Part shown: positions 25,860 through 39,132 of the stretch, in pieces
Layout: each line of letters begins with the position of its first letter
Position numbering within the stretch: position 1 is the first letter of the stretch
NCBI RefSeq assembly: GCF_002113885.1
Contig: NW_018408028.1
Span: 420,618-484,617, forward strand
Length of the DNA: 64,000 nucleotides
Direction of reading: 5' to 3'
From: Mizuhopecten yessoensis
Lineage: Eukaryota
Notes under the pieces: model-generated
What the model was told of the DNA's origin: nothing
What the model saw: only the letters and a program-made list of their open reading frames with translations
Database searches by the model: none
Made by a program: the position numbers and the translations under genes

Positions 25860-26933
25860 TAATACGCGTGCGTATTTCTGTCGGTCTCTTTTAGAAGGGT
25901 AGCTTTGGAGGCATTAAAGAACATGTTAACATAAATCATTGCTGGCGTTATCAGGTACGCCATAGTCGTCAAATGGTTCAGAGGCTCAAACAAATATGCT
26001 TTAATCAGAATCAAGGTATATACGAGTACACGAGCATACATACATTTAATATTTACATTTGCATGGCATTGTCACTATATAGCCTCTTTGAAAGCTGTGT
26101 CGTTGATGGGACTTTAATTACCATGCCGCACGAGACATAATTACCATGCCGCACGAGACACAATTCTTAGCGTATTAATTACAACACTGACCGGAACTAC
26201 AATATCCAATGTAAATAAACATGACGGCTGCTGAAATATCGCTGGGCATTGTGAGATTTGATAATGTCATTGTAAATTTATGTGCAAAATAAAAAATAAA
26301 ATAAAAAACACTTTTATTACAACGAAAACAAGACCAAGGTCTGCAATATCGTACAAAATGCACATCGGTTGAAATCACCAATGCCGGCAATGGAAACAAT
26401 TTTAACGCTCATGCAATTTATCAGAAATATCGTCTGTTACACTGCACTGATCAACAGGGGTTCGTTATAAATGTCTGAAATACACATATTCTATAGACCT
26501 ACTGACACATATGTTACAGACCTACTGATNGTGCGAAATTTGTTCCGGGGGAAAATCGAAACAATTTCAAATCTAACTTTCAGCTCAGATTTCTATTGAA
26601 AAACTGGAATCATCCTATAGACATATCATACGCAATTGTATTGATACTAAATTGTGGAATAAATTTGAAGTGTTTGTTAAAATGTCAAAGTACTACTTTG
26701 TTTGCCAATCAGCACGCGACAATACGCTATTCAAACTATTGAACGAAATTGTGTGGACTGTCGATAAGGCGGGCATTTTTAATTTTAATTATAAATTATA
26801 AGTTAAAAAAGAACATAAGAGGTAGAGAAAACGTAAATATAAGTATTGAACTGTTTTTGTATGGTATTTATGATCTATTTGAATGACACAGCTTTGCAAG
26901 CAAACAACATAATGCGCGCTAACAGTTCAATGC

Positions 26934-27563
26934 TTAATTACCCCTTTGAGAAAAATCTAGGAATCTGATTGGTTAAAAACTACAGTGTACCAAACCGCAT
27001 TCGTAAATCTCAGAGGGTATACGAAAATCTCAGGGGGTATACGGTCATGTCACGTGATTCTCAGCAGTAATACGGTGGAATCACGTGATTTTACAAGGGT
27101 TATACGGGTCACGTGTCTTTGTATCTTGCGACCGGGCATCGGGAGACAACTCGCATTCGTCGTCTGCTTCGCTGTTTACAAAATGGCAAAACGTTTCGCT
27201 TCGCATACTGATGAGGAAGTAATCGTCAAAAGGACTAACTTTGTGCCACATAACACACAAAAGTCGAACAGACGATCGGCAAACATGCTGAGGACGTATT
27301 TAAAAGAAAAGAATCAGGAAGAACAGTTCGAGGAATTTGATAAAACGAAACTAAATGAGGTACTGTGCCTGTTATTTTTCTTTCCTTTTATTATAAAAGA
27401 CTCAAATGGGTAATAAATTCGTTACACGGAATTTTGGCAGGGTATACGGGATGGGATGACCCTACAGGATTTCGTATTTCCTTCGGCCTAAAGGCCTCAG
27501 GAAATACGAAACCCTTTAGGGTCATACCATCCCGTATACCCTGCCAAAAATCCGTGTAACTAA
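26934..27563 (+). mobile_element. Internally deleted, non-autonomous Crypton transposon
   Basis: TTACCCCTTTGAG at the 5' end is inverted at ~27401 (CTCAAATGGGTAA); CTGATTGG and TCACGTG motifs; YR N-terminal coding remnant; long 3' hairpin at 27421-27560. Confidence 0.8.
27183..27368 (+). pseudogene. N-terminal fragment of a Crypton tyrosine recombinase (DUF3504-associated family)
   Basis: MAKRFASHTDEEVIVKRTNFVPHNTQKSNRRSANMLRTYLKEKNQEEQFEEFDKTKLNEVL fits the RF..s.ee...VP.NT.KS...a...f..yL.e.....fe......LN..L pattern; AAAATGGC start context; truncated before the catalytic domain. Confidence 0.75.
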
Positions 27564-27567
27564 AAAT

Positions 27568-27600
<33 letters not shown>

Positions 27601-28037
27601 TGCATCTTGGGCATGGACAGCACCGCGAGAGAAAGTGATTTAACTTTAAATAAACTGGAGATCATTTTTCATTCGCTTCATTAACTCGACTTAATATTTA
27701 ATGAAAATACCAGTAATACAGGATACGTAGAATCACATAAGAAGATAGCTGATTAAAGCTATAAATAATTCCAGTTTGAACAGCTGGGGGTTTAGGGAAA
27801 TTCTAAAACAAGTCTTCTAATATAGTTCTGAAGATTTTGGGAGCACCGTGCCAAGGGCGTGTACGTCAAGACAACTACACATTTTCCCTTCAAACGCACC
27901 GGCTCCAATACACGTGTAGGTATTACAACAGAAAAATGAAAATTTCGATATGGAAACAGGCAAAGGGCTTTGAACATTTTTGGTCGATATCACAAATCCG
28001 TCTAACCTTTCTTCGGTCCTAGTAAAATGTCATCAAA

Positions 28038-28547
28038 CTAGGACGAGACAGATGAGGGAGTATATAGATGGTATAAATCTAGGACACGACAGATGAAGGA
28101 GTATATAGATGGTATATATCTTGGAAAAGACAGATGAGGGAGTATATAGATGGTATAAATCTAGGACACGACAGATGAAGGAGTATATAGATGGTATATA
28201 TCTTGGAAAAGACAGATGAGGGAGTATATAGATGGTACAAATCTAGGACACGACAGATGAGGGAGTATATAGATGGTATATATCTAGGACAAGACAGATG
28301 AGGGAGGATATAGATGGTATAAATCTAGGACACGACAGATGAAGGAGTATATAGATGGTATATATCTAGGATGAGACAGATGAGGGAGTATATAGATGGT
28401 ATAAATCTAGGACAAGACAGATGAGGGAGTATATAGATGGTATATATCTAGGATGAGACAGATGAGGGAGTATATAGATGGTATAAATCTAGGACACGAC
28501 AGATGAGGGAGTATATAGATGGTATAAATCTAGGACAAGACAGATGA
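28038..28547. repeat. 41-bp minisatellite, ~12 copies
   Basis: Unit CTAGGACACGACAGATGAGGGAGTATATAGATGGTATAAAT. Confidence 0.98.
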
Positions 28548-28582
28548 CAATAGAGAAATGCATCATAGAGATGCATCTGTAC

Positions 28583-28672
28583 TGTAACAGAAAAGTGACA
28601 TGCACGGCCTGACCGGGATTCGAACCCAGGACCCTCCGAACTCTAGACGGACGTTCTACCAATTGAGCAACC
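28583..28672 (-). mobile_element. tRNA-derived element head (SINE or tRNA pseudogene)
   Basis: Minus strand GGTTGCTCAATTGGTAGAACG...CTGGGTTCGAATCCCGG: A box, B box and T-arm present; no clean anticodon or acceptor stems. Confidence 0.75.
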
Positions 28673-28729
28673 TATAGTCGACGGTGAATCTACATTTGTA
28701 TGTTTTCAGCCGGTCGGTCTGAGTACATA

Positions 28730-29110
28730 AGGGTAACGCCCTATTGACTTGCTAAGGTCATTTAAGGACGTGCCTCAATGTCTGTTGTGTAAGCATGCAT
28801 GTGTGTGTGTTGGGGACAGTGTATGTTGGTAAATTTCCCTCGTTGAGTGCGTTAGCGCAGATCTGATGCCGACTTTTGAGTGCTACCTGACTAAAATAAC
28901 AAGCAGAAGGTACCCAGCACAGTATTCTACCCGGTCACTTTATACTGACAACGGGTAAACCAGTTATTGCGGTGCCCCTAAATGCTGAACGTCAAGCAGG
29001 GAACCATGGCACAACTACCATTTTAAGGACTTTGATATGTCCCGGCCTGTGGACATAACCCACTGCTTTCCTCACTTGGGCGAACGTTTAACACCAAAGC
29101 ATTGCCTTGC
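28730..29110 (-). mobile_element. Near full-length diverged SINE with a Meta/MESC-like central domain
   Basis: Minus strand: decayed tRNA head; central GGTAGTTG..CCCTGCTTGACGTTCAGCATTTAGGG..ACTGGTTTACCCGTTGTCAGTATAAAGTGACCGGGT; tail GGCACGTCCTTAAATGACCTTAGC shared with 51917-52035. Domain naming is from memory. Confidence 0.75.
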
Positions 29111-32100
29111 TCACCGGAGGTGTATGTACAAAATTCGAAAATATTTTAGGTAAAACTGAACAAATAGTGTTGCAGTAAGTTAATAAATGAGTTTTCACAA
29201 CAATAAAATATTTCTTATATTTCTATATCGGGGCACATGTGTTTGAGAGCATTTTTGCCTACATTTAGATTCGGTATTGTGCAGTGTTGTGGTTTTGGTT
29301 CAGTACAGTCTCAATTTGTTTCTTACTTGGCCGCTAAACAACATTTTGATCGTTATAATTTCGTATTTCCTCTAATACGACCTATTTAACGTTTTTCATA
29401 AACGATAAATATATAAATCAAATACCTGTGAATGAATCAAATCGGATAACGTGGGAAGGAAACTCCTAAAAATACCTCAATGTTTTCGCATGAAATATGT
29501 TCAAATAATATCTTCAAGCAACGAACATGAATTTCTTTGAGAGCCCAGCTACACCAAAGCCTGCTCCAGGGGTTCAATAACGGGGCGGGATTATTATAAC
29601 AGACAACACACGAAATATACACATTCTCACATGTACAGTGACGTAATAAGGATAGTATAGCTATTTCCTTCAAAGACAACAGATATAAAAAAATATTTTT
29701 TATTATAAATAGTGAGTTTAAATTTTGTAAAATATAGATTTCTGACGAACAATTCTTATTTAAATAGTTAAGGATTTTCTCTCAGACATTCACGCTGGTG
29801 CAAAAGGTTCGCGTGCGGCAAATATGAACGATGAATATTTCATTGATAATGAATTGGGCGTGACGAACATGCTCTATTTCATTTCCCTATTCGTAAAATA
29901 ACGATGAAGTTCTCAACCATAAAGAAACGGCAACAAATGCTGAACAATCATTTTACGGAACAAACATTGATTGCTATTAAGATATGTTGAGATGATCCTC
30001 TTTAAATGCCCAACTGAGAATTAATTGTCAGGATATTGGTTGAGATATCATCTATGGTATACTAAACTATGGCAGCACCAGACCGGGGTCACAAAATGGT
30101 TTACTATGTAACGGCTGAAGGAAATCTATTCTGCTTTCATCATTATTTTTCATGTTAATGGATTGTTGTTAATTTTGCTACATGTACAAAGCCGAAGCTA
30201 TCAAGATGAGAGGACTTGTGTAAGCTTATGAACTGAAGACACGAGCTGTATTAATGGGCCGATAATGACTTCTTCCTCACAAGAGGATGTAAGCACGCAA
30301 GGAAAACAGGTCAATCACAGGTCCAACTTATTATACATACTGTCAAGAGTGGGGGAAAACACATGCTCATCAATGCACGATAACAGTGTATATCGATGTA
30401 ATTTTCCGAACTAGAGTTAATATGCCTTCAGGTTCACAGGAATCAGATATGTGAATTAATTCTTAGAACGAAATAAACGATAAAGTAGGTTTACTGTGTT
30501 TAGGAGGTGATGGTATAGCAAGAACCGAACATGACCACATGTTAAGCTAATCAGCTGCCTTCTCTCTATAGATTTTCATCCAATCAGATCGCACGGCAAA
30601 TAATCACTGTTCAGCCAGTAAGTGTCTTTTATTCTGTCTCTCTCTGTATATCAGCCTGTCGGGGATCACACAACTCATACTTCTATATCCGTATTCAGCC
30701 AATCAGAATGCTTCTGTCTCTAACTCTAAATATGTTAAGCAAATCAGAAAGCCCGACGCATACTCATGTAGGTATAACGAGAGTAACCAGACGTGTGATA
30801 GATACTGCTGACACCAGGGTATAACCAGTGTTAAAACCCCTTTCGTCGGTCGTTATACTTATAAGAACACAGATGCGGATTGTTGACAAGTAGAAACAAA
30901 CCTTTATGTACAGTCAAGGCCAGCTTCAAACGAGGTTTTATCACCCACCGTTTAAACCGTGTCTAATTATAGCATCAATCTACCAGGTGAGCTGAAAAAA
31001 CATGGCTGGTTTGAGCAAACATTGTACTGATTGGTCGGCTGATAAGTACTTTTACACTGTAGATGTGTGGTTTATATATTTATTTATCTATCTATCTATC
31101 AGTTTATTTTTATTTTTAAATGGTATGACAGGTTATTTGGCCTCTTCTAACACATTTCATCGTTCAATGTGATTTTTAATTATCTTTACAATGAAATATT
31201 ATTTCATCAATTCTATACTATTTAGGAGAGTAAGAAGACCATGCGTTAAGACGATGCCTCCAGGTCTTGTGTAGGCTGTGTTTACCAATCAGACGCTACC
31301 AGACCTTCTCAGCATGCATCTCCCCGGCAATACACGCGTTTCTTGTATGAACTATCTCCCTCTGATAAACTCCAAAGAACAAGGCCAGTATAAACGATAA
31401 CCCCAATTCACTTTACACGCCAACGGCCATACATTGACCAGATAAGATTTAGACATTTTACAGTAAAGATACAATCTAGGAAGTGGGAATATGACTTAAA
31501 TTGTGTTGGTTATCGACATGAAATCTGCCTCGTCTGCTGAGATGTACATGTTCGCATTGATACTGCAACGCCGTATGTACTCCGGTAGAATACTGCAGAA
31601 TTATTAAATACAGGTAAAATACATTAATATATCGATACACATGTATATACATGTACTGTATTTTCAAATAAAAAATAACTTTTGTCAAGGTGAACATGTT
31701 ATATCAACATGAGAAAGAAAGAGGTATGGCGGAAAACTACCCGTATTTCCCTAAGTCGGCATTTATGAAAACGGGGAAAAAAAATTAAAAAGAAAAACAT
31801 TTCGTGTAGCAAAAATGCATACAAAAGATACAAAACCAATTGAATATGAATTTTTAAACTGCTGAGAAATTAGGTATTGCTAATATGATACTGCAAATAT
31901 AACCATATACACTATATCTATGAAAGTGATGGGGTTTCCCGGACTTAAAAAAGTACTTTCAACACTTTCCCATCCGAGGACCAACTTTTGAATAAACTTT
32001 TTGTGACCGTGATGTAATATGCAAAAACAAATCGTATTACGGAAAAGTGGTCCTCCTGTGGGAAAGTGCTCAAAATAATGAAAAACAGGGGTGATCAAGT

Positions 32101-33440
32101 TTCTCTAAACTGCGACCGGTGTTTCTCGGGTTAAATAAGTTTGTAATTGCCAATATCTATATGTTCTATGTAGCCGAATATATAACGCAGTTTACTTGCG
32201 ACTAGAAAATAGACGGTACAGGTTCGAATCCTCCTTCAGGTTTTTTTTTTTTAAATATTTAGGTATGTGATGATTTTCCTTAATAAGGCAATGGTGTTTT
32301 TTTTAAATCGATGAAAGATTTTGTTAACATTTTAATAACATACCTATTGATTTATCAGTTTTGTTAGTAATAATTTCTTTAATATTTATATTAGTGCGAC
32401 ATACTTCTATCGAAGCATGTCAACAAATCCCTGTACACGTGTACAGTACAGCTTCGCTGTGTAGATAAGACACCATTTTTGAAGAAATTTATGAATTGTT
32501 TTACCCTCCAACTGGCAAAAGTAATTATATCAAGTGCTTAAACACCAACAAATAATTCCGAAATACCAAATATGTGGTCTGTTTACAAAAATATATTCTT
32601 AGACACGGGATTCCGATATTGCTACCTGTATAAAAATACCTGAGGACGTGTCATAACAGTGCACGGTTGGATGCGCGCACTAGCGTAACATAGCTTTGGG
32701 GAAATAGGTATAGCACCCCGCAATATCTCTTTAACTCTTCAGTTAACCATGATCACCGAAATAAAAGTGAAGACATGTGTGTGCACGTGCTGCCATAGTG
32801 ACTTTACTGTTGAAGAGAATAGTAATATGTTATTTTTAAATGACGAAACCAACTCGACCTTTAGCATTTAAACACTGTAAGCATACTCTGATGGATCAAT
32901 ACAGGTAAGAGACGATTACAGGTATACAGTCACATGAAAGGTCGCAGATGGTGCCGTGTCGTCAATCTCATTACGTCACCCGTACGGACGTATTCTCGAC
33001 ATATCCTCACCATCATCTATAGCCTACCAATAGTTACAGCATATAATACAAACTGGGACGATTACCCAGGGACTAACGCCGGCCAACAAACCGGCTTGTC
33101 TTCTTTTTGTTTTCGTTCTGATACATATATATATATATATATAAACATATAAATATATTTACACATGTTGTTTTACCCCGGGAACAGGAGTCTCTAATGT
33201 TCACGCACCTAGTGCCAAACCTTTTGTTGAATGTACTCGTGGCAATAAAATCAATTTTAACAAACCCACACGACCCCCATGCCACGATAGCTGCCGCCCA
33301 CAATAAAACAAGCTCCAATTGAAATGAAACGTCTGAAGGGGACATTCTTAGTGTATTAACGCAGTCATAATTTAATGATACTTAGAATGGTATTAATTAA
33401 ACATGAAAGTAGATGCGGATTCATCGGTAGCCCAGGTATG

Positions 33441-34336
33441 ATAATAACACCAAGAGCCATACCTATTTATAATAACACCAATAGCCATACCTATTTATAA
33501 TCACACCAAGAGCCATTCCTATTTATAATAGCACCAATAGCCATACCTATTTATAATCACACCAAGAGCCATACCTATTTATAATAGCACCAATAGCCAT
33601 ACCTATTTATAATCACACCAAGAGCCATACCTATTTATAACAACACCAACAGCCATACCTATTTATAATAAAACCAACAGCCATACCTATTTATAATAAC
33701 CCCAATAGCCATACCCATTTATAATAACACCAATAGCCATACCCATTTATAATAACACCAATAGCCATACCCATTTATAATAACACCAAGAGCCATACCT
33801 ATTTATAAGAACGCCAAGAGCCATACCTATTTATAAGAACGCCAAGAGCCATACCTATTTATAATAGCACCAATAGCCATACCTATTTATAATAACCCCA
33901 AGAGCCATCCCTATGTATTAGAACACCAAGAGCCATACCTATTTATAAGAACGCCAAGAGCCATACCTATTTATAACAACACCAACAGCCATACCTATTT
34001 GTAATAACACCAACAGCCATACCTATTTATAATAAAACCAACAGCCATACCTATTTATAATAAAACCAACAGCCATACCTATTTATAATAAAACCAACAG
34101 CCATACCTATTTATAATAACACCAGCAGCCATACCTATTTATAATAACACTAAGAGCCGTACCCATTTATAATAACACCAACAGCCACACCTATTTATAA
34201 TAACACCAAGAGCCGTACCCATTTATAACAACACCAAGAGCCATGCCTATTTATAATAACACCAAGAGCCATACCTATTTATAATAACACCGACAGCCAT
34301 ACCTATTTATAATAACACCAACAGCCATACCTATTT
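33441..34336. repeat. 28-bp minisatellite, ~32 copies
   Basis: Unit ATAATAACACCAA(G/T/C)AGCCATACCTATTT. Confidence 0.98.
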
Positions 34337-34339
34337 AAA

Positions 34340-34605
34340 ATGGGTTACTGTTACGCAAACGGCTCTTGTGTGATAGGTCAAGACGTTATTTTTTTTATAG
34401 TAAATAGTAAATAAAGGGCCATAACTCTCTTAATAATCCACAAAAACATCGCGATGGTTACATGTGCACATGTTTAATTTATAGGCAATATGTTTTGGAA
34501 TATCCACTGAAATCGACTCTGTTCTTTGGAGGAGAAATATGTACAAGACAGACAGACAGCCGGACGAACTGGACACAAAATCTATTTCCAACGTACCCCG
34601 TTTTA
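34340..34605. mobile_element. Degraded HINE/MITE-like fragment
   Basis: AAGGGCCATAACTCT motif, GGAGGAGA..TGTACAAG and a (GACA)n/GGAC microsatellite, typical of bivalve non-autonomous elements. Confidence 0.45.
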
Positions 34606-35110
34606 CAATAATGCTAGTTACTTAGATGTGTGACGTCATATCCGGGTGGACAAGGTGACGACTACATTGAATATGAACAATAAGAGAAACAGTATCTTTC
34701 ATTGAAAGAAAGATACAGAATGACGTAAACATAAACTCTAGCTTCAAATTGGAAGATTTGCTTGTACACTAAATTAGCGTTGGAGTGCGAATATATTTAT
34801 AAACCCTTACAACAAGCTCACCATAAACCGCGCCATAAACATGACCATTGACAGGCCCTGGAGAGTTCAAATCGAATCATTGGGCACGAGCGCACGTGGA
34901 TAGAATACGGTACATAGGACAGTACGCGCATAAATATACATATACAGTGACCAGAGGTACGGTGAATGCCATGGCAACAAGGGGTAATGTCGCATTAGGG
35001 ACAGATGGAATTATTGTTAATTAAATCTAAAAGCACCTCTCCGTAAACAGTTGGCCATGAATCAGCAAGATTGTGGGAAAGGTATTGACGGCAAGAGATT
35101 GAACTTTGGG

Positions 35111-38100
35111 CAGGTTTACACGGCGTGTCACTGTGTGTATACACTTGAAACTCCTCGAGCAAGTTTTCATCGAGCGTACACTGTAAGCATCTCGGTCAGG
35201 TTTACACGGCGTGTACTGTACACTCGAAACATCTCGTACAGGTTTATACGGCGTGTACTGTACACTCCAAATACCTTGGTCAGGTTTACACCGAGTGCAC
35301 CGTACACTCCAAATACCTTGGTCAGGTTTACACCGAGTGCACTGTACACTCGAAACACATCAGCCAGGTTTACACCGAGTGTACTGTACACTCGAAACAC
35401 ATCAGCCAGGTTTACACGGAGTGCACTGTACACTCGAAACACATCAGCCAGGTTTACACCGAGTGCATTGTACACTCGAAACACATCAGCCAGGTTTACA
35501 CCGAGTGCATTGTACACTCGAAACACATCAGCCAGGTTTACACCGAGTGCACTGTACACTCGAAACACATCAGCCAGGTTTACACCGAGTGCACTGTACA
35601 CTCGAAACACATCAGCCAGGTTTACACCGAGTGCACTGTACACTCGAAACACATCAGCCAGGTTTACACCGAGTGCACTGTACACTCGAAACACATCAGC
35701 CAGGTTTACACCGAGTGCACTGTACACTCGAAACACATCAGCCAGGTTTACACCGAGTGCACTGTACACTCGAAACACATCAGCCAGGTTTACACCGAGT
35801 GCACTGTACACTCGAAACACATCAGCCAGGTTTACACCGAGTGCACTGTACACTCGAAACACATCAGCCAGGTTTACACCGAGTGCACTGTACACTCGAA
35901 ACACATCAGCCAGGTTTACACCGAGTGCACTGTACACTCGAAACACATCAGCCAGGTTTACACCGAGTGCACTGTACACTCGAAACACATCAGCCAGGTT
36001 TACACCGAGTGCACTGTACACTCGAAACACATCAGCCAGGTTTACACCGAGTGCACTGTACACTCGAAACACATCAGCCAGGTTTACACCGAGTGCACTG
36101 TACACTCGAAACACATCAGCCAGGTTTACACCGAGTGCACTGTACACTCGAAACACATCAGCCAGGTTTACACCGAGTGCACTGTACACTCGAAACACAT
36201 CAGCCAGGTTTACACCGAGTGCACTGTACACTCGAAACACATCAGCCAGGTTTACACCGAGTGCACTGTACACTCGAAACACATCAGCCAGGTTTACACC
36301 GAGTGCACTGTACACTCGAAACACATCAGCCAGGTTTACACCGAGTGCACTGTACACTCGAAACACATCAGCCAGGTTTACACCGAGTGCACTGTACACT
36401 CGAAACACATCAGCCAGGTTTACACCGAGTGCACTGTACACTCGAAACACATCAGCCAGGTTTACACCGAGTGCACTGTACACTCGAAACACATCAGCCA
36501 GGTTTACACCGAGTGCACTGTACACTCGAAACACATCAGCCAGGTTTACACCGAGTGCACTGTACACTCGAAACACATCAGCCAGGTTTACACCGAGTGC
36601 ACTGTACACTCGAAACACATCAGCCAGGTTTACACCGAGTGCACTGTACACTCGAAACACATCAGCCAGGTTTACACCGAGTGCACTGTACACTCGAAAC
36701 ACATCAGCCAGGTTTACACCGAGTGCACTGTACACTCGAAACACATCAGCCAGGTTTACACCGAGTGCACTGTACACTCGAAACACATCAGCCAGGTTTA
36801 CACCGAGTGCACTGTACACTCGAAACACATCAGCCAGGTTTACACCGAGTGCACTGTACACTCGAAACACATCAGCCAGGTTTACACCGAGTGCACTGTA
36901 CACTCGAAACACATCAGCCAGGTTTACACCGAGTGCACTGTACACTCGAAACACATCAGCCAGGTTTACACCGAGTGCACTGTACACTCGAAACACATCA
37001 GCCAGGTTTACACCGAGTGCACTGTACACTCGAAACACATCAGCCAGGTTTACACCGAGTGCACTGTACACTCGAAACACATCAGCCAGGTTTACACCGA
37101 GTGCACTGTACACTCGAAACACATCAGCCAGGTTTACACCGAGTGCACTGTACACTCGAAACACATCAGCCAGGTTTACACCGAGTGCACTGTACACTCG
37201 AAACACATCAGCCAGGTTTACACCGAGTGCACTGTACACTCGAAACACATCAGCCAGGTTTACACCGAGTGCACTGTACACTCGAAACACATCAGCCAGG
37301 TTTACACCGAGTGCACTGTACACTCGAAACACATCAGCCAGGTTTACACCGAGTGCACTGTACACTCGAAACACATCAGCCAGGTTTACACCGAGTGCAC
37401 TGTACACTCGAAACACATCAGCCAGGTTTACACCGAGTGCACTGTACACTCGAAACACATCAGCCAGGTTTACACCGAGTGCACTGTACACTCGAAACAC
37501 ATCAGCCAGGTTTACACCGAGTGCACTGTACACTCGAAACACATCAGCCAGGTTTACACCGAGTGCACTGTACACTCGAAACACATCAGCCAGGTTTACA
37601 CCGAGTGCACTGTACACTCGAAACACATCAGCCAGGTTTACACCGAGTGCACTGTACACTCGAAACACATCAGCCAGGTTTACACCGAGTGCACTGTACA
37701 CTCGAAACACATCAGCCAGGTTTACACCGAGTGCACTGTACACTCGAAACACATCAGCCAGGTTTACACCGAGTGCACTGTACACTCGAAACACATCAGC
37801 CAGGTTTACACCGAGTGCACTGTACACTCGAAACACATCAGCCAGGTTTACACCGAGTGCACTGTACACTCGAAACACATCAGCCAGGTTTACACCGAGT
37901 GCACTGTACACTCGAAACACATCAGCCAGGTTTACACCGAGTGCACTGTACACTCGAAACACATCAGCCAGGTTTACACCGAGTGCACTGTACACTCGAA
38001 ACACATCAGCCAGGTTTACACCGAGTGCACTGTACACTCGAAACACATCAGCCAGGTTTACACCGAGTGCACTGTACACTCGAAACACATCAGCCAGGTT

Positions 38101-39132
38101 TACACCGAGTGCACTGTACACTCGAAACACATCAGCCAGGTTTACACCGAGTGCACTGTACACTCGAAACACATCAGCCAGGTTTACACCGAGTGCACTG
38201 TACACTCGAAACACATCAGCCAGGTTTACACCGAGTGCACTGTACACTCGAAACACATCAGCCAGGTTTACACCGAGTGCACTGTACACTCGAAACACAT
38301 CAGCCAGGTTTACACCGAGTGCACTGTACACTCGAAACACATCAGCCAGGTTTACACCGAGTGCACTGTACACTCGAAACACATCAGCCAGGTTTACACC
38401 GAGTGCACTGTACACTCGAAACACATCAGCCAGGTTTACACCGAGTGCACTGTACACTCGAAACACATCAGCCAGGTTTACACCGAGTGCACTGTACACT
38501 CGAAACACATCAGCCAGGTTTACACCGAGTGCACTGTACACTCGAAACACATCAGCCAGGTTTACACCGAGTGCACTGTACACTCGAAACACATCAGCCA
38601 GGTTTACACCGAGTGCACTGTACACTCGAAACACATCAGCCAGGTTTACACCGAGTGCACTGTACACTCGAAACACATCAGCCAGGTTTACACCGAGTGC
38701 ACTGTACACTCGAAACACATCAGCCAGGTTTACACCGAGTGCACTGTACACTCGAAACACATCAGCCAGGTTTACACCGAGTGCACTGTACACTCGAAAC
38801 ACATCAGCCAGGTTTACACCGAGTGTACTGTACACTCGAAACACATCAGCCAGGTTTACACCGAGTGCACTAAATACTCCAAACACCTCGGTCAGGTTTA
38901 TACGGAGTGCACTATACACATAAAATACCTCGATATGGTTTACACGGAATGTGTACACTCGGATCACTTCGGTTAGGATTACTCTCGAAATACTTCGGTC
39001 AGATTTACACGGCGTACACGCTCGAATCACCTCGGTCTTGTTTTCAAGGTGTGTACACTCGAAACATTTCGGTCAGGTTTACACCGCGTGTACACTCGAA
39101 ACACCCCTGGCATGTTAATACGGCGTGTACAG
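35111..39132. repeat. 42-bp minisatellite, ~95 copies (~80 identical)
   Basis: Unit GGTTTACACCGAGTGCACTGTACACTCGAAACACATCAGCCA; accounts for the three >1200-aa ORFs. Confidence 0.99.

Noticed and set aside
28583-28672. Functional tRNA gene
   Set aside because: A/B boxes and T-arm are present, but the D, anticodon and acceptor stems do not pair properly; better explained as a tRNA-derived repeat
35051-39030. 1290-, 1287- and 1220-aa ORFs
   Set aside because: They are translations of a 42-bp unit lacking stops in several frames on both strands; there is no synonymous variation or unique domain
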